DNA of 43,469 bases, from the NCBI GenBank assembly GCA_035475875.1, contig DATIMB010000047.1, forward strand, positions 1 to 43,469. Direction: 5' to 3'. The notes below the pieces were generated by a model that worked only from the letters and a program-made list of their open reading frames with translations, had not been told where the DNA came from and made no database searches. The DNA is from Micrococcaceae bacterium. GTDB taxonomy: Bacteria > Actinomycetota > Actinomycetes > Actinomycetales > Micrococcaceae. Below, piece after piece: positions 1 to 7,441 of this stretch; the stretch's first letter is position 1; every line of letters begins with the position of its first letter. The position numbers and the translations under genes were made by a program.

Positions 1-569
1 GTGGTCTGCGCCTCGTAACGGGTCTCGGCCATGACGTAGCCCGCGGCGCGTAGGTCGTTCTCGAGCCGCCCGGCCGCGGCATGCTGCACCGGCACCGCGC
101 AGATCCGGAACCGACTGCGGCGCACGAGGGGCGCGAGCTCCAACGCCGCGGACACCGATTCTGAATAGGCGCGCACCAGCCCGCCTGCGCCCAGCAGAAT
201 GCCGCCGAAATACCGCACCACGACGGCGGAGACGTCGCTGAGGTCGGCGACGCCGGGCGCGGTCTCGCGCTTTAGGAGCGCCTCGAGCATGGGGATGCCA
301 GCCGTTCCGGACGGTTCGCCGTCGTCGTTGGAGCGCTGCACGTCCCGGTCGGGACCCAGGATGAACGCGGAGCAGTGGTGCCGGGCATCATGGAATTTTT
401 TGCGCAGACCCGCCAGGACGGCCCGGGCCGCCTCCTCGTCCGGCGTACGGGCCAGGACGGTGATGAAACGGGATCGCTTGACCTCGATTTCGGAACGGAA
501 CCCGGGCCCTGCAGCGAGGGTCGTGTAGACGGAAGTCCTGCTCTCGGGGGAATCCGCCTCGTCTGCCAC
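1..569 (-). CDS. yigZ: YigZ/IMPACT family protein (3' end runs off window)
   Basis: Read manually on the minus strand from GTG at 569: VADEADSPESRTSVYTTLAAGPGFRSEIEVKRSRFITVLAR...HHCSAF...RSNDDGEPSGTAGIPMLEAL...VVVRYFGGILLGAGGLVRAY. These are the diagnostic UPF0029/IMPACT motifs. Absent from the ORF track because it has no stop in the window. Confidence 0.92.
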   Translation of the reverse strand, partial: MADEADSPESRTSVYTTLAAGPGFRSEIEVKRSRFITVLARTPDEEAARAVLAGLRKKFHDARHHCSAFILGPDRDVQRSNDDGEPSGTAGIPMLEALLKRETAPGVADLSDVSAVVVRYFGGILLGAGGLVRAYSESVSAALELAPLVRRSRFRICAVPVQHAAAGRLENDLRAAGYVMAETRYEAQT

Positions 570-575
570 CGGTTC

Positions 576-585
576 AGTTTAGTCT
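576..585. promoter_or_regulatory. Overlapping divergent -10 boxes (TAAACT on minus at 576-581; TAGTCT on plus at 580-585) for leaderless yigZ and coaE
   Basis: Each TANNNT lies exactly 6 nt from its GTG start. The intergenic gap is only 22 bp and has no SD sequence. Confidence 0.7.
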
Positions 586-591
586 GGTGGG

Positions 592-1899
592 GTGTTGAAG
601 ATTGGGTTGACCGGCGGGATCGCCGCGGGGAAGTCAATGGTTGCCGCGCGCCTGCGCGAGCTCGGCGCGGTGCTTGTCGACGCCGACGCACTGGCCCGGG
701 AGGTTGTGGAGCCGGGAACCCCGGGGCTGGCCCAGGTGGTCGACACCTTCGGCGCCGCGGTCCTGACGCCCGACGGGCGGCTGAACCGGCCCGGCCTGGG
801 CGCCCTGGTGTTCGGCAACCCGGAACGCCTCGCCGCGCTCAACGGCATCATCCATCCCCTGGTGCGGGAGCGCGCCGCGGGGCTGGTTGCCGCCGCCCCG
901 GCAGGCGCCGTCGTCGTCCAAGACATCCCGCTGCTGGTGGAGACCGGACAGGGGAAGAACTTCCACCTGGTGATTGTGGTGGATGCGCCGGACGACGTGC
1001 GGGTCCGGCGGATGGCCGAGCACCGCAACATGAGCGCCGACGAGGCGCACGCGCGAATGAATGCCCAGGCGAGCCGCGTGGACCGGCTGGCCGCCGCCGA
1101 CGTCGTGCTGGACAACTCGGGCGCCCCGGAGCGACTCCGGCACGCGGTGGACGCGCTGTGGGAGGAGCGGCTGGCGCCGTTCGCGCAGAACCTCAAGGAA
1201 CAACGGATTGCACCGCGGACGGAAGGCCCCGTCCTGACGACGGCGGACCCTGCCTGGCCGGCCCAGGCCGGCCGGATCATCGCCCGGCTGCGGACCGCAG
1301 TTGCGCAGGACGTCCTGGCCGTGGACCACATCGGGTCCACGGCCGTCCCGGGTCTTGACGCCAAGGACGTGATCGACCTCCAGCTGAGCGTCCGCGACCT
1401 CGACGCCGCCGACCGGATTGCGCCGCTGCTGGCCGGTTCTGGCTTCCCGCGCTGGCCCGGCATCATCTCCGACAAGCCCAAACCTTCGCACCCGGACCCC
1501 GCCGATTGGGGCAAGCGCCTGCACGGCAACGCCGATCCCGGCCGTCCCGTGAACGTGCACATCCGCGCCGCGGGATCCCCGGGGTGGCGGTACGCGCTGT
1601 GCTTCCGGGACTGGCTCCGCTCCGACGAGGGCGCACGCACGGACTATGTGGCGGAGAAGGGCCGCGCGGCGGGCCTCCACGGGGTGGACAAGTCCACCGC
1701 GGGGTACGCGGCGGACAAGGAGGCCTGGTTCACGGACTACGCCGCCCCGCGGATGGACGACTGGGTGCTGCGCACCGGATGGCAGCCGCCGTCGTACGCG
1801 GACGACGGCGGCGCCACCGACGGCGGTATCAGCACTACCAGCGGCACGACCGCCCCGGACAGGGGCGCCACCGACGGCCCGGGTACCGCCCAAAGCTGA
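592..1899 (+). CDS. coaE: Dephospho-CoA kinase with C-terminal GrpB/UPF0157 domain
   Basis: N-terminal IGLTGGIAAGKS P-loop, DIPLLVE motif; C-terminal HIGSTAVPGLDAKDVIDLQ GrpB-type motif. The coaE-uvrB synteny is typical of Actinobacteria. Confidence 0.95.
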   Translation: MLKIGLTGGIAAGKSMVAARLRELGAVLVDADALAREVVEPGTPGLAQVVDTFGAAVLTPDGRLNRPGLGALVFGNPERLAALNGIIHPLVRERAAGLVAAAPAGAVVVQDIPLLVETGQGKNFHLVIVVDAPDDVRVRRMAEHRNMSADEAHARMNAQASRVDRLAAADVVLDNSGAPERLRHAVDALWEERLAPFAQNLKEQRIAPRTEGPVLTTADPAWPAQAGRIIARLRTAVAQDVLAVDHIGSTAVPGLDAKDVIDLQLSVRDLDAADRIAPLLAGSGFPRWPGIISDKPKPSHPDPADWGKRLHGNADPGRPVNVHIRAAGSPGWRYALCFRDWLRSDEGARTDYVAEKGRAAGLHGVDKSTAGYAADKEAWFTDYAAPRMDDWVLRTGWQPPSYADDGGATDGGISTTSGTTAPDRGATDGPGTAQS

Positions 1900-1939
1900 A
1901 TCCGAAGAAGGCGCCGGCGGGCGGCGGTAGATTAGAGTC

Positions 1940-4021
1940 ATGAGCCTTGCCCAGGAAATTAACCGTGTCGTGGCGCCCTTCGAGGTCATCAGCGAGTTCC
2001 AGCCGGCCGGTGACCAGCCGGCCGCGATCGCGGAACTGACCGAGCGCATCCAGAACGGCGAAAAGGACGTGGTCCTCCTCGGTGCCACCGGTACGGGCAA
2101 GAGCGCGACGACGGCGTGGCTGATCGAGCAGATCCAGCGGCCCACGCTCGTGATGGTGCAGAACAAAACGCTCGCCGCGCAGCTGGCCAACGAGTTCCGC
2201 GAGCTGCTGCCCAACAACGCGGTCGAATACTTCGTCTCCTACTACGACTACTACCAGCCCGAGGCCTATGTGGCGCAGACGGACACCTTCATCGAGAAGG
2301 ACTCCTCCGTCAACGAGGAAGTCGAACGGCTCCGCCACTCCGCCACCAACGCGCTACTGACGCGACGGGACGTCATCGTGGTAGCCACAGTGTCCTGCAT
2401 CTACGGGTTGGGCACCCCGGAAGAGTACATTCTGGGCATGGTGACCCTCCGCAAGGGGGCGGAGATGAACCGGGATGATCTGCTCCGGAAATTCGTCTCC
2501 ATGCAGTACACCCGCAATGACATGGACTTTCACCGCGGCACGTTCCGGGTCCGCGGCGACACCGTGGAAATCATTCCGATGTACGAGGAGCTGGCGATCC
2601 GGATCGAGTTCTTCGGAGACGAGATCGAGAACATCTACACCCTCCACCCGCTCACCGGCGAGGTGATCCGGGACGAGACCGAGATGTATGTTTTCCCGGC
2701 CTCGCACTACGTGGCCGGTCCGGAACGCATGAGCCGGGCGATCACCAGGATCGAAGACGAGCTCGCTGACCGGCTGAAGGTCCTGGAGAGCCAGAACAAG
2801 CTGGTTGAAGCCCAGCGCCTCCGGATGCGCACCACGTATGACCTGGAAATGATGCAGCAGATGGGGTTCTGCAACGGCATCGAGAACTACTCGGCGCACA
2901 TCGACGGGCGGGCCCGCGGGACGGCGCCGCACTGCCTCCTGGACTACTTCCCGGACGACTTCCTTCTGGTGATCGATGAATCCCACGTGACGGTGCCGCA
3001 GATCGGTGCCATGTACGAGGGTGACATGTCCCGTAAACGCAACCTGGTGGACTTTGGTTTCCGCTTGCCCTCGGCCATGGACAACCGGCCGCTGAAATGG
3101 GACGAGTTCCAGGACCGCGTGGGCCAGACGGTGTACCTGTCCGCCACCCCGGGCAAGTTCGAGCTCGACAGGGCGGACGGGACCGTCCAGCAGATCATCC
3201 GGCCCACGGGCCTGATCGACCCCGAGGTGATCGTCAAGCCCACCAAGGGCCAGATCGATGACCTCCTGGGCGAAATCCGCACCCGCACAGCGAAGAACGA
3301 ACGCGTCCTGGTCACCACCCTGACCAAGCGGATGGCCGAGGACCTCACCGACTACCTCCTGGGCCACGGCGTGAAGGTGGAGTACCTGCACTCGGACGTG
3401 GACACGCTGCGCCGCGTCGAGCTGCTCCGCGAACTCCGGATGGGCGTCTTCGACGTCCTGGTGGGCATCAACCTGCTCCGTGAAGGCCTCGACCTTCCCG
3501 AAGTGTCCCTGGTGAGCATCCTCGACGCCGATAAGGAAGGCTTCCTGCGCTCGGCGACGTCCCTGATCCAGACCATCGGCCGTGCCGCCCGAAACGTCTC
3601 CGGACAGGTCCACATGTACGCGGACCGCATCACGGACTCAATGGCCAAGGCCATCGACGAGACAAACCGCCGCCGCGCCATCCAGGTGGCGTACAACACC
3701 GAAAACGGTATCGACCCCCAGCCGCTTCGCAAGAAGATCGCCGACATCACTGACCAGCTGGCCAAGGAAGATGCGGACACCCGCGAGCTCCTGGCCGCGG
3801 CGGGCAAGACCCGCGGCAAGGGCAAGGGCGCCTCGACGATCCGGCAGGACGGGCTCGCCGCAGCGCCTGCGGAAGACCTGGTGGGCCTGATTGAACAGCT
3901 GACCGAGCAGATGCATGCCGCGGCAGGCGAGCTGCAGTTCGAACTCGCGGCCCGGCTCCGCGACGAGGTGGGCGAACTGAAGAAGGAACTGCGGCAGATG
4001 CAGTCGGCGGGGCACGCCTAG
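1940..4021 (+). CDS. uvrB: Excinuclease ABC subunit B
   Basis: GATGTGKS Walker [11 protein letters not shown] beta-hairpin, DESHVT, GRAARN, C-terminal UVR domain [10 protein letters not shown]. Confidence 0.99.
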   Translation: MSLAQEINRVVAPFEVISEFQPAGDQPAAIAELTERIQNGEKDVVLLGATGTGKSATTAWLIEQIQRPTLVMVQNKTLAAQLANEFRELLPNNAVEYFVSYYDYYQPEAYVAQTDTFIEKDSSVNEEVERLRHSATNALLTRRDVIVVATVSCIYGLGTPEEYILGMVTLRKGAEMNRDDLLRKFVSMQYTRNDMDFHRGTFRVRGDTVEIIPMYEELAIRIEFFGDEIENIYTLHPLTGEVIRDETEMYVFPASHYVAGPERMSRAITRIEDELADRLKVLESQNKLVEAQRLRMRTTYDLEMMQQMGFCNGIENYSAHIDGRARGTAPHCLLDYFPDDFLLVIDESHVTVPQIGAMYEGDMSRKRNLVDFGFRLPSAMDNRPLKWDEFQDRVGQTVYLSATPGKFELDRADGTVQQIIRPTGLIDPEVIVKPTKGQIDDLLGEIRTRTAKNERVLVTTLTKRMAEDLTDYLLGHGVKVEYLHSDVDTLRRVELLRELRMGVFDVLVGINLLREGLDLPEVSLVSILDADKEGFLRSATSLIQTIGRAARNVSGQVHMYADRITDSMAKAIDETNRRRAIQVAYNTENGIDPQPLRKKIADITDQLAKEDADTRELLAAAGKTRGKGKGASTIRQDGLAAAPAEDLVGLIEQLTEQMHAAAGELQFELAARLRDEVGELKKELRQMQSAGHA

Positions 4022-4035
4022 GGTAAACTCGGACG

Positions 4036-4150
4036 GACGTAGGGGAGTATCCCAAGCGCTACGATCGTCAACACGCGAGGCACGGACGCCGCGCCGGGCG
4101 TAGCGGGCAGCCGAGCCACATCGTGCGGGCTGCCGGAGAGACTTACACCG
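4036..4150 (+). ncRNA. yybP-ykoY (Mn2+-sensing) riboswitch
   Basis: Conserved elements GTAGGGGAGTA (4039-4049), CGTCAACAC (4066-4074) and GAGACTTAC (4138-4146). Internal stems gcgctacg/cgtagcg and gcagccg..cgggctgc. Preceded by -10 TAAACT (4024-4029) and lies directly upstream of a TerC gene, the canonical target. Boundaries approximate. Confidence 0.88.
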
Positions 4151-4179
4151 CTGAGTTGTACCCTACGAAAGGTTTCTCC

Positions 4180-5208
4180 GTGCCCGAACTACCCCTTTGG
4201 TTCGAGATCGGCTCCTTTGTCGCCCTCGGCCTCATCCTGGCCATAGACCTGCTGATGGTCCTCAAACGCCCGCACGAGCCCTCCATGAAGGAGGCCGGAC
4301 TTTGGGTCACGTTCTACGTAGCTCTGGCCCTGGTCTTCGCCGGCGCCATGTTCGCGTTCACCGGCCCCGAATTCGGCGGCCAGTTCATCGCCGGCTGGGT
4401 GACGGAATACAGCCTCAGCATCGACAACCTCTTCGTCTTCATCATCATCATGGCCCGCTTCTCGGTACCGCGTAAGTACCAGCAGGAAGTGCTGATGGTG
4501 GGCATCATCATTGCCCTCATCCTGCGTGGCATCTTCATCATGCTCGGCGCGATCGTCATCGAGCAGTTCAGCTGGGTCTTCTACATCTTCGGTGCGTTCC
4601 TGCTCTGGACCGCGTGGAAGCAGGCCCAGGACGAGGGCGAGGATGAAGAGGACAAGGAAAACCCGCTGATCGCCCGCATCCGCAGGATCCTGCCGATGTC
4701 CGAGAAGTTCGACGAAGGCAAACTCCGCACCGTGGTGGACGGCAAAAAGGTGTTCACCCCCATGCTGATCGTCTTCGTCACCATCGGCATGACGGACCTG
4801 CTCTTCGCCGTCGACTCCATCCCGGCGATCTTCGGCCTCACCCAGAGCGCCTTCATCGTCTTCACCGCGAATATCTTCGCCCTCATGGGCCTCCGCCAGC
4901 TCTACTTCCTGCTGGGCGGGCTCATGAACCGGCTCATCTACCTCAAGCACGCCCTGTCCGTGATCCTGGCGTTTATCGGCGTGAAGCTGGTCCTGCACGC
5001 CATGCACGTCAACGAGCTGCCCTTCATCAACGGCGGCCAGCACATTGAATGGGCCCCGGAGATCCCGACCTTCGCCTCCCTCGCCGTGATCATGGGCACC
5101 ATCGTTGTCGCAGTGATCGCCAGCCTGATCAGCTCCAAGGCGTCAAAGTCCAAGCTGGATGCCCGGCTGGAGGAAGACGCCCGCAAGAGCCTGAGCGACG
5201 TCGACTGA
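4180..5208 (+). CDS. terC: TerC/Alx family membrane protein (probable Mn2+ homeostasis/export)
   Basis: EYSLSIDNLFVF and DLLFAVDSIPAIFG motifs, multiple TM segments. Start taken as GTG 4180 after RBS GAAAGG (4167-4172). Confidence 0.93.
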   Translation: MPELPLWFEIGSFVALGLILAIDLLMVLKRPHEPSMKEAGLWVTFYVALALVFAGAMFAFTGPEFGGQFIAGWVTEYSLSIDNLFVFIIIMARFSVPRKYQQEVLMVGIIIALILRGIFIMLGAIVIEQFSWVFYIFGAFLLWTAWKQAQDEGEDEEDKENPLIARIRRILPMSEKFDEGKLRTVVDGKKVFTPMLIVFVTIGMTDLLFAVDSIPAIFGLTQSAFIVFTANIFALMGLRQLYFLLGGLMNRLIYLKHALSVILAFIGVKLVLHAMHVNELPFINGGQHIEWAPEIPTFASLAVIMGTIVVAVIASLISSKASKSKLDARLEEDARKSLSDVD

Positions 5209-5262
5209 CGGCCGCCGCCGGATACCCGGCAGCACGCAGCCGCAGCACTAAGCCGCAGCACT

Positions 5263-5310
5263 AAAAGGTACGGCGCTGGACCCTCACAGGGTTCAGCGCC
5301 GTAGCTTTTT
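5263..5310. terminator. Bidirectional intrinsic terminator between convergent terC and aminopeptidase genes
   Basis: AAAA-gg-TACGGCGCTGGACCCT-cac-AGGGTTCAGCGCCGTA-gc-TTTTT: 16-bp stem with an A-tract before and a T-tract after. Confidence 0.85.
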
Positions 5311-5387
5311 GGCGCCGCCGCGGGAGGGCATGCCCATTCATGGGTCCCTGGGATGGACCTAAAGGCACTGAGTCCATTGGTCGCTGC

Positions 5388-5442
5388 GAGCGGGGGACAT
5401 GTCCAGCGGTTGAATGGTGAGCGGGCGACATGTCCAGCGGTT
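5388..5442. repeat. Two 24-bp direct repeats (period 31 bp) with palindromic GACATGTC core
   Basis: gagcgggggacatgtccagcggtt (5388-5411) and gagcgggcgacatgtccagcggtt (5419-5442), one mismatch. Confidence 0.85.
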
Positions 5443-5448
5443 ATGTGG

Positions 5449-6813
5449 TCAGGAGCGGGCCATTGCGAGCAGGCGGCCGAAGATCGCCTCGCCGTCGTCC
5501 GCGATTCCGTCGTGGTGGAACTCGTCCGTCTCCCACGCCTGCAGGCCCCGGACGGCCGCCGCTGTTTCGAGGGAGAGTTCGCGGTCCACGTAGATGTCGT
5601 CGGTGTACACGGCTGCCGCGACGGGCACGGTGTTCAGCGCCAGCCGCTCCGGATCGTAGAGTGGCGCCCAGTCATCCTTCTCGGCGAGCAGTCGCGCCAC
5701 GTCCTGCAGCGGCCGCAGGGCGGGGTCCTGCTCGAAATACCACGGGTAGACCATTTCCCCGGTCAGGAGCGGTTCCCGGGCGTCGGGGCGGAACTCGGGG
5801 AACTCCGCCAGGACCCGCCAGGCGGCCCAGTCGGTGGCTCCGGCCTGCGCGTAAATGGACTCGTGCATCAGCGCGTACAAGGGGTTCGCGGCCCGGGAGA
5901 CGAGGCCCCGCACCTGCTCCAGGAAGGCGTCCGAGAGGCGGTCACCGTCCGGAGTGGCCACGAAGGCGTCCTCGAGCAGGTGGTGCAGCGCATCCACCCG
6001 GGTGTTCCCGCCCAGGAATGAGCCGACCATCTGGAACCGTTCGACGGTGAGCCGGCCGCCGTCGGGCAGGTATTCCTCCGTGTCCCGAAGGTGCCGGGCG
6101 ATGCGGGTGACGGCGGCGCGGTCCTCGGGATACCAGCCGAAGTATTCGGCGTTCCGGGCCGCGACCCGCCGGAACGTCGCCCGGTAAACCCGGTCCGCGG
6201 AACCGCCCAGCGGGGGGAGACCGCCGGTCACGAGCACTTCGCGCAACCCCTCGGGCGCGAAGGACAGGTAACTGAGGGCGCAGAATCCGCCGTAGCTCTG
6301 GCCGTAGACGGTCCACGGGGCCGCGCCGAGCGTCGCCCGGATGGCCTCGGCGTCGGCGACGATCGAATCGGCCCGGAAGTGCGTGAGGTAACGGGCCTGC
6401 TCCGTCGCCGTTCCGCGCAACGGCAGCGTGTTCCGGTCGATGGCGGTGGAAAGGCCGGTGCCGCGCTGGTCCAGCATGAGGATTCGGAAGTCCCGGCCGG
6501 CGGCCTTGCTCCAGCCGCCCAACGACGGAAAGCGGTTGCCGCGGCCGCCGGGGCCGCCCTGCAGGTAGAGCAGCCAGGGCAGCGTGGCCGCGGCTTCCTC
6601 GCTGTGCTCTAGGGACACGTACTCGCGGGCAAACACCGTGATGGTCTCCGCGCGGCCGCCGGCGTCGCCGAAGTGGTCAAGGGGGACTTGGAAATAGTGT
6701 TCCGCGGTGCGCATTCCCCGGTACGTGTGGCGTGCCCGGACGCTGTGCCGCACGCCGGATCCGGACTCCAGGAGGGCGGCTCCCGTGAGCCCGGTCAGCG
6801 GAAGATCAACCAC
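5449..6813 (-). CDS. Alpha/beta hydrolase, prolyl aminopeptidase (proline iminopeptidase, S33-like)
   Basis: LQGGPGG oxyanion motif, DQRGTG, GQSYGG nucleophile elbow, DDIYV and HHDG catalytic Asp/His. Start reassigned to GTG 6813, which overlaps the GNAT stop and follows a GGAGG RBS. Confidence 0.88.
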   Translation of the reverse strand: MVDLPLTGLTGAALLESGSGVRHSVRARHTYRGMRTAEHYFQVPLDHFGDAGGRAETITVFAREYVSLEHSEEAAATLPWLLYLQGGPGGRGNRFPSLGGWSKAAGRDFRILMLDQRGTGLSTAIDRNTLPLRGTATEQARYLTHFRADSIVADAEAIRATLGAAPWTVYGQSYGGFCALSYLSFAPEGLREVLVTGGLPPLGGSADRVYRATFRRVAARNAEYFGWYPEDRAAVTRIARHLRDTEEYLPDGGRLTVERFQMVGSFLGGNTRVDALHHLLEDAFVATPDGDRLSDAFLEQVRGLVSRAANPLYALMHESIYAQAGATDWAAWRVLAEFPEFRPDAREPLLTGEMVYPWYFEQDPALRPLQDVARLLAEKDDWAPLYDPERLALNTVPVAAAVYTDDIYVDRELSLETAAAVRGLQAWETDEFHHDGIADDGEAIFGRLLAMARS

Positions 6814-7348
6814 GGACGGCCTCCGCGCGGGATCCTGCGACGGCCCGGAATCCTGCGGCGGACTGGGAGCCGGCGCCGCCGAACGCGTCCAGCGCCCCGC
6901 CGGTGAGGCGGAAGGTGGACCATTCTTCCATCGGGACGGCCCCCAGCTTCTTGTAGAAGTTGATGGATGGCTCGTTCCAGTCCAGTACACTCCATTCGAC
7001 CCGCGCGTAGCCGCGGTCGACGGCGGTCGCGGCCAGATGCTGCAGCAGGGCCTTGCCGTGGCCCTCGCCGCGGGCCTCGGGCCTGACGTAGAGGTCCTCC
7101 AGGTAAATCCCGTGGACCCCTTCCCAGGTGGAGTAGTTCAGGAACCAGAGGGCGAAGCCCCGGACCTCGCCGGCTGCGGTTTCCGCCATGGTGGCGAACA
7201 CCCGCGGGTTCTCGCCGAAGAGGGCCTCGGTGAGCATCTCCGGAGTGTTCCGGACCGCGTCCGGTTCCTTCTCGTAGATGGCGAGGTCGTGGATCATCTG
7301 CAGGATGGCAGGGACGTCATGCGGGGCGGCGGGCCGGATTACACTCAT
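6806..7348 (-). CDS. GNAT N-acetyltransferase (diamine/SSAT-like)
   Basis: YSTWEG..GIYLEDLYVRPEARGEGHGKAL acetyl-CoA motif A; WSVLDWNEPSINFY. -10 TAAACT lies 6 nt upstream (7355-7360). Confidence 0.92.
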   Translation of the reverse strand: MSVIRPAAPHDVPAILQMIHDLAIYEKEPDAVRNTPEMLTEALFGENPRVFATMAETAAGEVRGFALWFLNYSTWEGVHGIYLEDLYVRPEARGEGHGKALLQHLAATAVDRGYARVEWSVLDWNEPSINFYKKLGAVPMEEWSTFRLTGGALDAFGGAGSQSAAGFRAVAGSRAEAVRG

Positions 7349-7441
7349 TGTTCGAGTTTACTCGCGGCGCGTGCCCGCCCCGCCGGCGCGCCCGCCGCCC
7401 ACCGGCGCCTGCCCGTCCCGCGGCTCGTCAGAGGCGCCGCG

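Noticed and set aside
4123-4179. Upstream TerC start at 4123
   Set aside because: Falls inside the riboswitch aptamer; GTG 4180 has an RBS.
5388-5442. Possible mini-CRISPR (24-bp repeats with a palindromic core)
   Set aside because: Only two copies, a 7-bp spacer, and no cas genes or leader. The repeats at 19764 and 39930 have no spacers at all.
6814-6990. N-terminal extension of the aminopeptidase in the ORF track (start 6990)
   Set aside because: Overlaps the GNAT gene out of frame; GTG 6813 has a GGAGG RBS.
7340-7355. TGTTCGA LexA half-site at the GNAT start
   Set aside because: No matching second half-site at the required spacing.
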